DNA from: Microcystis aeruginosa NIES-2549
GTDB taxonomy: Bacteria > Cyanobacteriota > Cyanobacteriia > Cyanobacteriales > Microcystaceae
NCBI RefSeq assembly: GCF_000981785.2
Contig: NZ_CP011304.1
Location: 2,610,001 to 2,642,000 of the forward strand
Direction of reading: 5' to 3'
DNA length: 32,000 bases
Part shown: one piece after another, positions 1-7,336 of the stretch
How the letters are laid out: each line of letters begins with the position of its first letter
How positions within the stretch are numbered: position 1 is the first letter of the stretch
The notes under the pieces: generated by a model
The model's input: the letters and a program-made list of their open reading frames with translations, nothing else
Databases searched by the model: none
What the model was told of the DNA's origin: nothing
Translations under genes and position numbers: made by a program

Positions 1-1105
1 TTTGGTCTTTTTCTATTCTGGTGGCGTTGTCCATTTCTAAGGACTCTAGTTCGGCAATTTTTTCAAGGATAAAGTCACGAGAATTTTTATCTAAACAACG
101 ACCACATAGACAGCTTTCATCGTCAATTATTGTTTTTAAAACTGCTGTAGAATTAGTTTTATAAGTGCTTTTTAAGCTAGTAACTTGCAAATCGTCAGCC
201 ATTTCCTGCACAAAGTTAATCAGCAAAGGTATCGAAGCTTTTTTTAACCAAGAATCAATAGACTTTTGTAGGTTATTTAACTGAGTTTGTAAACCGATAC
301 GCTTTTTCTCTAAGTCATGAATTTCTTCTAATTTTTCTCGTAAACTTTCAATCTGAGCGGCTTTTTCTTGAGCATCATGATGGATAATTATAGCTTTTTT
401 TTCCTCATCTTTAGCATTTTTAAGCTGACCTTTTTGAAGACAAATTTCTTCTTCTAATTCTCGTAATTGTTGCATCTTATATTTAAAAGTCTGACTGGTT
501 CCCTCCGCTTTATTTAAACGGTTTTCTAATTCCTGCAAGGCTTTTTCTGTATCATCACGCAGATTTCTTAATTCAGGGATACCCAAAACTTTTTCAATTG
601 CTTCTTTTGCTTCTTTGGTTTGAGTTATCTGGGTATATTGTTCGATTTTTGAGCCATCAAAACAGAAAAAATCTCGAATAGATTTAGGAAGCAATGCTTC
701 GATATATTCCCTAGAGTTACTTGCTTTTATGGTTCCATCTTCATAAAATAATGCTTCCTCTACGCTTGGATAAGAAGTGATACCATTATCTTTTAATTTC
801 GCTGTGCGACTGATAAAGAAATTTTTCTCGTTTCTAGTAAAATTTAATTCTACCCGCATTTCTTTTTCTTCTACTGATGATGAATCATCCTTACCTCGAT
901 AAAAATAGGTTTTCAGAGTCTCTTTAGATACAATATCTCCCCCATAGAGACACCATAAAATCGCCGTCATCAGAGAAGTTTTACCGTGGCCATTATTCCC
1001 GAATATAATATGAATATTTCTGTCGGGATGCAGGTTAAAAGTAATATTTTGACTAGGGTAACATTTCCAATTAGTTAAGCGAATTTGTTTCAGTCTCAAA
1101 GTCAT
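1..1105 (-). CDS. DndD-like / SMC-Rad50-type ABC ATPase, N-terminal ~368 codons (3' end runs off the left window edge, so it is missing from the supplied ORF track)
   Basis: Own translation from the ATG at 1103-1105 is open to base 1: MTLRLKQIRLTNWKCYPSQNITFNLHPDRNIHIIFGNNGHGKTSLMTAILWCLYGG... Walker A GNNGHGKT. FFCFDGSKIEQY and VLGIPELRNLRDD blocks as recalled for DndD-family ATPases. Long K/E/L/Q-rich coiled-coil stretch. Cys-x-Cys-Gly-Arg-Cys hook-like motif (CLCGRC) at nt 95-112. Confidence 0.75.
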   Translation of the reverse strand, partial: MTLRLKQIRLTNWKCYPSQNITFNLHPDRNIHIIFGNNGHGKTSLMTAILWCLYGGDIVSKETLKTYFYRGKDDSSSVEEKEMRVELNFTRNEKNFFISRTAKLKDNGITSYPSVEEALFYEDGTIKASNSREYIEALLPKSIRDFFCFDGSKIEQYTQITQTKEAKEAIEKVLGIPELRNLRDDTEKALQELENRLNKAEGTSQTFKYKMQQLRELEEEICLQKGQLKNAKDEEKKAIIIHHDAQEKAAQIESLREKLEEIHDLEKKRIGLQTQLNNLQKSIDSWLKKASIPLLINFVQEMADDLQVTSLKSTYKTNSTAVLKTIIDDESCLCGRCLDKNSRDFILEKIAELESLEMDNATRIEKDQ

Positions 1106-1114
1106 AGGGTTTAT

Positions 1115-1282
1115 TTATTGTGGGGAGTCGGTATATTTTTCGATAAGTTCGACAATTTTAGGTGATAGCCGCCGATTTTTTAGAGTAATTTTTTCCACTT
1201 CTAAAGCCATGGCTTCCTTGAGCAGTTGAGGAGGTATCTCATATTTTTGTGCCAGATCTTTAATTTTAGCAGTTATGTCCAT
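1115..1282 (-). CDS. Small hypothetical protein (55 aa) immediately upstream of the DndD-like ATPase
   Basis: Own translation: MDITAKIKDLAQKYEIPPQLLKEAMALEVEKITLKNRRLSPKIVELIEKYTDSPQ*. ATG at 1280-1282, TAA at 1115-1117, only 9 nt before the ATPase ATG. Below the track's length cutoff. No obvious Shine-Dalgarno sequence. Confidence 0.45.
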   Translation of the reverse strand: MDITAKIKDLAQKYEIPPQLLKEAMALEVEKITLKNRRLSPKIVELIEKYTDSPQ

Positions 1283-1431
1283 GAATTTTCTGGTGGTTGG
1301 GGAGTGGAGATTGTCAAGTCTTAATTCTTATTTGCCAAGAGATACCTTGATGAGGATAAATTTTATAACATATCTGAGTAGGTGAGGCCATAGTAAGTTA
1401 ATTCTTGGACGAATCTCTTAATAATTGTACA

Positions 1432-1804
1432 TCACCATCCCCTCAAGGAGGAAAGACATCGATTAAAGTCCCTTTTTTTTGCCACGGCTGCCCGGAGAAT
1501 TCTGCCGCGACGTTGAATAAATTGACGAGGAGAAGCATCAGCAGCGAGGATAATTCCCTGACTGACTTGTGGGATATCAACCCCCTCATCGAGATATTTT
1601 ACTGCCACTAATGCGTCAAGATTTCCCGAAGATAACTGTAATAATAACATAACTCGATCGCTGTCTAAGGAACTATAGCGAGCGACTCTTTTTCCCTGAC
1701 GTGCTAATCGGGTACTAATCTAAACAAGGTAGATAAAATTTTCCAATAATATTATGGCACTCCCTGGGGTATTCTTCTAATAGGTCTAATTGTTGTAGTG
1801 ACAA
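1432..1804 (-). pseudogene. Degraded superfamily-2 helicase (restriction-enzyme-type) remnant
   Basis: One reading frame from TTG 1802-1804 reads SLQQLDLLEEYPRECHNIIGKFYLPCLD, then an in-frame TAG at 1715-1717. It continues YPISTSGKRVARYSSLDSDRVMLLLQLSSGNLDALVAVKYLDEGVDIPQVSQGIILAADASPRQFIQRRGRILR (helicase motifs V and VI). No Walker A/DEAH region is present. The frame ends shortly after a T8 run at 1473-1480. Confidence 0.6.
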
Positions 1805-1805
1805 T

Positions 1806-2162
1806 TTAAATTCCTCCTCGATCTCGTTTTAAGTCATAAATAACTTTTTCATAACACCAGCTTTTACTGCGTTGGGGATTTCTCAATCTAATACTTAAAA
1901 ACAATCGACTCGCTAAAGCTTTATCTCCATTCACGAGGGTTAAAAGTTCTCTTTCCAAGTAGAAAAGTTTAGGCTGACTGATTGGCAAATTTTGACGATT
2001 ATTTTTAGAAGTAGCTCTTTTTGGTTTAGTGGAGGATAAAGATAGGGTATCGACCAACCACCAGATAGCTAGAGCTAACCCCAACAACAGCACTCCCATA
2101 AAAGAGTATAAAACGATGCCTAGTAAATTCATTAATCGATTCCCGTATTTCTTAATGATCAA
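1806..2162 (-). CDS. Hypothetical membrane protein (one N-terminal TM helix; C-terminal ...SWCYEKVIYDLKRDR motif seen in cyanobacterial proteins)
   Basis: 118-codon ORF with a TTG start. Hydrophobic segment LLGIVLYSFMGVLLLGLALAIWWLV. The stop at 1806-1808 abuts the helicase remnant start. Confidence 0.55.
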   Translation of the reverse strand: MIIKKYGNRLMNLLGIVLYSFMGVLLLGLALAIWWLVDTLSLSSTKPKRATSKNNRQNLPISQPKLFYLERELLTLVNGDKALASRLFLSIRLRNPQRSKSWCYEKVIYDLKRDRGGI

Positions 2163-2260
2163 GGTTTTAGGCTAATCTACCCTATACAAAAACACCATAA
2201 AAGCTAAAATAGATAGCTGACAGTGATTCTGAACACAATAGTAATATAGACTAAACCGCC

Positions 2261-2962
2261 TTGTATTACCGTCTTCTTCTTGATTTTAATACCCTAGAAA
2301 ACGGGTTAATTGCCTTAACACCCGAACAAAGTCATTATCTTAAAAAAGTTGTTCGTTTAAAATCCCATGACCATTTTATTGCCCTAAATGGACAAGGACA
2401 AGCGTGGTTAGCAGAAATAATTGATAATTCGGCCTATCTTTTAGAAGCGATAAACGAAACTAGCGAACTACCAGTACAAGTGAATTTAATGGTAGCAATT
2501 CCCAAAAATGGCTTTGATGATATCGTTCGCGCTGCCACCGAATTAGGAGTTTATCGGATTATCCCGCTGCTGACAGAACGCAGTTTAGTTAATCCTAGTC
2601 CTCAAAAAATTGACCGTTGGCGAAAAATTGCCCGGGAAGCTGTAGAACAATCAGAAAGACAGATTATTCCCATTATCGAAGAACCACAATCATTTTTAGC
2701 CATCCTTAAGCGGGGAGCTAACCCACAGACAACTTGTTATATTGGTGTTACGCGTAGAACAGTGGCCCCGCTACTTTCTCAATTGCACACATCAACCGAG
2801 ATAACCATGGCTATCGGACCGGAAGGGGGATGGACGGAGGCAGAAATAGAACAAGCGCTCGCCGCTGATTTTCTACCTGTATCATTGGGAAAACGCATTT
2901 TGAGAACAATTACAGCTCCCTTAGTGGCTCTTGCTATCATTAACGCCTATTTAGACAGCTAA
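2261..2962 (+). CDS. rsmE: 16S rRNA (uracil1498-N3)-methyltransferase RsmE
   Basis: 233-aa ORF with RsmE-like layout: N-terminal PUA-like LTPEQSHYLKKVVRLKSHDHFIALNGQG, C-terminal SPOUT block IGPEGGWTEAEIE...GKRILRTITAP. Non-ATG (TTG) start, exact start uncertain. Confidence 0.85.
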   Translation: MYYRLLLDFNTLENGLIALTPEQSHYLKKVVRLKSHDHFIALNGQGQAWLAEIIDNSAYLLEAINETSELPVQVNLMVAIPKNGFDDIVRAATELGVYRIIPLLTERSLVNPSPQKIDRWRKIAREAVEQSERQIIPIIEEPQSFLAILKRGANPQTTCYIGVTRRTVAPLLSQLHTSTEITMAIGPEGGWTEAEIEQALAADFLPVSLGKRILRTITAPLVALAIINAYLDS

Positions 2963-3183
2963 TTGACTAGAGTTTCTATGACCAAGACCAGCAATCGAGA
3001 TAACTGGAATCATTTCGCTTCTTACCTAAAGCAAGAACTAGCAGCAGTTCTCCTGTGGTCAGATTTTCCCTTTTTTGCCGAAACCACCCTGGTCAATCCC
3101 CATTGAAGACACCTACTGGGACACCGCCTTGCCACTCTATAGCACCCTCATCTTCCCAAAAAAACTCTCCCTACTGCAACTTT

Positions 3184-3813
3184 ATGACCCCTAGTAGCCC
3201 TTCTAACCCCTCTTTTGACTGGTTTAACCCCTCGCCCCAGCAAGACAGCGATTTACTGGCACAAATCGGCTTTATCCCCGGTTTCAAAGAATTTCTCACC
3301 CTGCGACAGGTTCATGCCTTGGAACACGCCACCGTCTGGGTATTAAGCGAAATGGCTGCCCGTCGTGAATCGCCTTTTGACCATTCCCAAGCGGATAACG
3401 AGGCCCTGGGGGGACTGTCCACCGATAGGGGTTTTTATCTCTACGGACAAGTTAATACTAATGAACTGCAAATTGCGGCCAAACAGGCTCTCCATCGTCT
3501 CAAAAATGGCGAGGGGCAATTGGCATTACATCCGCGTTGTGGCACCAATTTATCGGTAACTTTAGCCTTAACCGCTGGCTTCGTCTTAGGAACTCATTTT
3601 CTCTTACCCAGAGGTCCGATTTCTCAGTTATTAGGCTTAGGTTTAGCCACTGCCACCGCTTTTCAAATCGGGCCAGATGTGGGAATGTCGGCCCAAAAAT
3701 ACCTGACCACAGCCATTCCTTTTAACTTAACAATCGTTAACATTGCACCAAAGGCAGACCTATGGGGACGTTCGGGGCATTTTGTCCAAACAGAGTGGCA
3801 AGATTTGCAATAA
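3184..3813 (+). CDS. Conserved hypothetical membrane-associated protein with HxxEH and HPRCGTN motifs
   Basis: ORF is open from GTG 3055, and the first ATG is at 3184 (MTPSSPSNPSFDWFNP...). HALEH at nt 3313-3327, HPRCGTN further on, and two hydrophobic segments near the C-terminus. Start is ambiguous. Confidence 0.6.
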   Translation: MTPSSPSNPSFDWFNPSPQQDSDLLAQIGFIPGFKEFLTLRQVHALEHATVWVLSEMAARRESPFDHSQADNEALGGLSTDRGFYLYGQVNTNELQIAAKQALHRLKNGEGQLALHPRCGTNLSVTLALTAGFVLGTHFLLPRGPISQLLGLGLATATAFQIGPDVGMSAQKYLTTAIPFNLTIVNIAPKADLWGRSGHFVQTEWQDLQ

Positions 3814-3892
3814 AACTTAAAGTAAAAACCCTTTCGGCAAACTCGCTCTGATTGTAACCTGTTAACTAAACCCTTAAAAAAAAACAACAGCT

Positions 3893-4126
3893 ATGCCTGG
3901 AATCGAACGCGGAGCCGAAGTTAGAGTCAAACGGAAAGAGTCTTACTGGTACAACGATGTGGGAACCGTAGCCAGTGTTGATAAAAGTGGTATCCTCTAT
4001 CCCGTTATCGTCCGTTTTAAAACTGTTAACTACCACGGTTTTAGTGGTAGCGCCGGTGGACTGAATACCAATAACTTCGCTGAAAGTGAATTGGAACTCG
4101 TTAAGGCTGCCCCCGCTAAGAAATAA
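3893..4126 (+). CDS. psaE: Photosystem I reaction centre subunit IV (PsaE)
   Basis: 77 aa; [57 protein letters not shown] closely matches remembered PsaE sequences. Confidence 0.95.
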   Translation: MPGIERGAEVRVKRKESYWYNDVGTVASVDKSGILYPVIVRFKTVNYHGFSGSAGGLNTNNFAESELELVKAAPAKK

Positions 4127-4152
4127 AGCTGACTAAAATTCAGCCTATCATC

Positions 4153-4197
4153 ACCGACTGACTGACAGGAATTCTCTCTTGTTGGTCGGTTTTTTTA
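4153..4197 (+). terminator. Possible intrinsic terminator after psaE
   Basis: accgac (4153-4158) pairs with gtcggt (4185-4190) and is followed by a T7 run (4190-4196). The loop is long, so this is only moderate. Confidence 0.35.
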
Positions 4198-4270
4198 TAG
4201 TTATCAGCGAGCAGTTATCAGTTATCAGTTATCAGTTATCAGTTATCAGTTATCAGTTATCAGTTTACTG
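4198..4270 (+). repeat. Tandem heptamer tract (CAGTTAT)n
   Basis: Seven perfect consecutive CAGTTAT units at 4212-4260, flanked by degenerate units (agttatcagcgag upstream, cagttta downstream). Confidence 0.95.
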
Positions 4271-4402
4271 ATATTACATTTTGGGCGCACGCGATGCGCC
4301 CCTACCATATAAAAACTGACTAATAAATTATTTAAAATTTGCTTTAACCTTTAGCCAACAAGAGCTAATTAGTTTAATTATCCTAGATAAGTTCTTAAAT
4401 GC

Positions 4403-4431
4403 TTGACAAAATATATTCAATAATTTATAAT
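4403..4431 (+). promoter_or_regulatory. Consensus sigma70-type promoter (TTGACA-N17-TATAAT) upstream of the aminotransferase/sulfotransferase genes
   Basis: TTGACA at 4403-4408, a 17-nt spacer, TATAAT at 4426-4431, about 94 nt upstream of the ATG at 4525. An 8-bp hairpin attatgct/agcataat at 4455-4473 lies in the predicted leader. Confidence 0.55.
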
Positions 4432-4524
4432 ATTAAATAGCCCAAAATCATGAAATTATGCTATCAGCATAATCGGGTTTGAGGTGTTTGAAAAATAGTT
4501 TTTCAGTAATCAAATCTGGAATTT

Positions 4525-5913
4525 ATGAGCATTTTAGAACTGATAGAAAAAAGACTAGAAGAAAACTTTGCCCTCCACGAACAATACCTAAACCCCCAGA
4601 TGGTTAGGGTACTAAAAACGATCGGCTACGATCGCCACTACGTTAAAGCTCAAGGTCCGTACCTATTCGACAATCAGGGAGAAAAGTATCTGGACTTACT
4701 GAGTGGTTTTGGTGTTTTCGCCCTCGGACGCAATCACCCCAAGATTGTCCAAGCTTTACAGGAGGTATTGACGGCAGCATTGCCCAATTTAGTCCAATTG
4801 GATGCTTCTATCCTAGCGGGATTGCTGGCGGAACGGTTAGCAGCGATCGCACCTCCCGGATTAGAACGAGTTTTCTTTGCTAATTCCGGCACAGAAACCG
4901 TCGAGGCTGCCATTAAATTCAGCCGCTACGCCACCGGACGCAGCCAAATTGTTTACTGTCAGGGGGGCTACCACGGGTTAACCATGGGTTCCCTTTCCGC
5001 CACCGGCGATCCCCATTATCGCCAGGGATTTGGGCCGTTTGTGGCCGATTTTAAGGAAATACCCTTCGGCGATCTGGCCGCGCTCGAAAAAGCTCTAATT
5101 AACCAAGAAGTAGCGGCTTTTATTACCGAACCGATCCAAGGTCACGGGGTGAGAATTCCCGAACCGAACTATCTCCCCGCAGCGGCGGCCCTTTGTCGTC
5201 GTTACGGCACTCTTTTTGTGGCCGATGAAGTGCAGACCGGTTTGGGCCGGACTGGCAAAATTTGGGCAGTGGAACATTGGGGGGTAGAACCGGACATTTT
5301 ATGTGTTGCCAAGGCTCTTTCGGGCGGTTTTGTGCCAGTGGGAGCGGTTCTCTGTCGTCGCTGGATCTTCGATCGAGTATTCGATCGCATGGATCGTTCT
5401 GTGGTCCACGGTAGCACTTTTGGTAAAAATAATCTGGCCATGGCCGCCGGTATTGCCACTTTACAGGTGATTGAGGAGGAAAAATTAGTCGAGCGATCGG
5501 CCGTAATCGGTCAACAAATTATCGCAGAACTACGGCCCCTCGTAGATCAGTACGAATGTTTGCAGGAAGTGCGGGGATTGGGGATGATGATCGCCTTGGA
5601 ATTTGCCGAGCCGAGCAGTTGGTCACTAAAAGCCGCCTGGAAAATGCTAGAAACCGCCAATAAAGGGCTATTTTCCCAGTTAATCGTCGTTCCCCTCTTT
5701 ACCCGCCATCAAATTCTCTCGCAGGTTTCCGGCCACGGCATGAATATCATCAAGTTTATCCCCCCCCTCACCCTCTCCGATGAGGATTGCCGTTGGCTTG
5801 TCACCGCCGTTAAAGATGTGGTGGCTGATGCTCACCGCATACCCGGGGCCGCTTGGGAATTCGGCAAAACCTTGGCCAGCCAAGCTATCCGCCAAAAAAC
5901 CGCCAAAAAATAG
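4525..5913 (+). CDS. Class-III (omega/acetylornithine-type) PLP-dependent aminotransferase
   Basis: 462 aa; FANSGTETVEAAIKF, FVADEVQTGLGRTGK and ILCVAKALSGG (PLP lysine context) are hallmark class-III aminotransferase blocks. Confidence 0.9.
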   Translation: MSILELIEKRLEENFALHEQYLNPQMVRVLKTIGYDRHYVKAQGPYLFDNQGEKYLDLLSGFGVFALGRNHPKIVQALQEVLTAALPNLVQLDASILAGLLAERLAAIAPPGLERVFFANSGTETVEAAIKFSRYATGRSQIVYCQGGYHGLTMGSLSATGDPHYRQGFGPFVADFKEIPFGDLAALEKALINQEVAAFITEPIQGHGVRIPEPNYLPAAAALCRRYGTLFVADEVQTGLGRTGKIWAVEHWGVEPDILCVAKALSGGFVPVGAVLCRRWIFDRVFDRMDRSVVHGSTFGKNNLAMAAGIATLQVIEEEKLVERSAVIGQQIIAELRPLVDQYECLQEVRGLGMMIALEFAEPSSWSLKAAWKMLETANKGLFSQLIVVPLFTRHQILSQVSGHGMNIIKFIPPLTLSDEDCRWLVTAVKDVVADAHRIPGAAWEFGKTLASQAIRQKTAKK

Positions 5914-5919
5914 TTAATA

Positions 5920-7019
5920 TGTCCAGTTTGTTTCATCCCCTCTGCGGTAGCAACCTTAGCACTCTCCTTCGTTTGTTTTTGACCAATGGCGGCATCGATC
6001 GCCCCAATTTGGCCCCAGCAACCCTGGCGCTGGCAGTTACCCTGGCGCGACTGCCTTTTTCTACCCTAGAACGAATTTTAATGACAGGGTTTTATGAGCG
6101 CCGCGTGCAGGTAAAAGCACCCATTTTTATTGTCGGCTATTGGCGCAGCGGCACGACCCATCTCCACAATTTACTCGGTCAATCGGAGCATTTTGGCTAT
6201 ATTTCGCCCCTAGCGGTGGGATTACCCTGGGATATCCTCGGCATCGTCCGTTTATTTCAACCGCTGCTAGAATTAGCCCTACCGAGCGATCGCCATGTGG
6301 ATAACGTCGCCGTTACTCCCGATTCCCCCCAAGAAGATTCGATCGCCCTGGCCAGCATGATCCCCCTTTCCTACTACCATGGTTTATACTTTCCCCAACG
6401 TTTTCAGTATCATTTCCAGCGAGGGGTTTTTTTTCAAGGCTGCAGCGAGAGGGAAATCGCCACTTGGCAGCGTTGGCATACTCATCTATTAAAAAAAGTT
6501 TCCATCCATCAAAGAGGCAAACAATTACTAATCAAAAACCCCGTTTATACGGCACATATTGCCAAATTGCGAGCTATCTGGCCCGATGCTAAATTTATTC
6601 ATATCTACCGCAATCCCTATCTAGTTTTTCCCTCAACCCGTCACTTTTTTACCCGCATCCTACCGGAACTAGCACTACAATCCTACGATAATTTATCCAC
6701 GGATGAAATCGAGCAGGTAATTCTGAAAAGTTATCCCTCAATGCTTAATTCTCTCCTGCGAGATAGTGCCGATTTACCCGCCGATAGTTTTGTAGAAATT
6801 CGTTTTGAGGATTTAGAAAAAGACCCCCTAGCACAAATCGAGAAAATCTACGATCAACTGCAACTTCCCGACTTAAACATATCTATGCCTCGCTTTGAGA
6901 AATATATCAGCAGTCTGCAAGGATATAAAAAAAATAATTATCCCCCAGATGCAAAAGCGATCGAGTTAGTCGAATCTCATTGGCTCCCATTTATTCAACG
7001 TTGGAATTATTATCAGTGA
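5920..7019 (+). CDS. Sulfotransferase family protein
   Basis: ATG at 5920 (MSSLFHPL...), 6 nt after the aminotransferase stop. PAPS 5'-phosphosulfate-binding-type loop YWRSGTTHLHNLL. The track's 5853 start would overlap the upstream gene. Confidence 0.8.
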
Positions 7020-7072
7020 CCAGCTTTTTCAGTTATCAGTTACCAGTGATCAGTTATCAGTTATCAGTCATA
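7009..7072 (+). repeat. Degenerate CAGTTAT-family heptamer tract overlapping the sulfotransferase stop codon
   Basis: tattatcagtgaccagctttttcagttatcagttaccagtgatcagttatcagttatcagtcat; the TGA at 7017-7019 lies inside a repeat-like unit. Confidence 0.8.
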
Positions 7073-7106
7073 AGTAGGTAGGCGTTAAAAATTATCAGAC
7101 ACCCTC

Positions 7107-7153
7107 CTTATCAAGGGTAGGGTTGATTCATGAATCAACCCTACCTTATCAAG
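7107..7153. repeat. 28-bp perfect palindrome flanked by 9-bp direct repeats (miniature insertion-like element)
   Basis: gtagggttgattcatgaatcaaccctac (7117-7144) is its own reverse complement. cttatcaag occurs at 7107-7115 and again at 7145-7153. Confidence 0.85.
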
Positions 7154-7266
7154 AGGGGCAGGGGGGATCGAACCTAAAATCCATTTTTAATTTAATTATA
7201 ACCAGCTACTTAAGTCATAATTCCCGCTCTTTTATATCTTTTAAACAGGATTTAGTATAACTACTT

Positions 7267-7301
7267 CTTGCCTTTTGCCTATTGCCTGTTGCCTTTTGCC
7301 T
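7267..7301 (+). repeat. Tandem heptamer tract (NTTGCCT)x5
   Basis: cttgcct tttgcct attgcct gttgcct tttgcct. Reverse-complement tracts (AGGCAAN) occur at 18754-18781 and 19707-19741. Confidence 0.9.
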
Positions 7302-7336
7302 ATCCTAACCAAGAAATTAATTTTGCACGACCACTT

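Noticed and set aside
1-1282. Calling the left-edge genes a canonical dndBCDE phosphorothioation cluster
   Set aside because: Only a DndD-like ATPase is visible. No DndC/PAPS-reductase, cysteine desulfurase, DndB or DndE is present upstream where canonical order would place them. It is reported as DndD-like only.
1405-1611. 68-aa plus-strand ORF opposite the helicase remnant
   Set aside because: It is antisense to a frame containing clear helicase motifs V-VI, and its sequence is not protein-like.
4198-4270. Heptamer tracts as a possible CRISPR array
   Set aside because: The units are 7 nt and directly abutting with no spacers, and there are no cas genes in the window. This is a simple tandem repeat.
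5853-5919. N-terminal extension of the sulfotransferase ORF (track start 5853)
   Set aside because: It would overlap the last 61 nt of the aminotransferase gene. The ATG at 5920 (MSSLFHP...) directly follows that gene's stop and is the more parsimonious start.
7268-7336. TTG start at 7268 for the flippase-like gene
   Set aside because: The extension (MPFAYCLLPFAYP...) is just the translated NTTGCCT heptamer tract. The ATG at 7337 begins a typical signal/TM segment.
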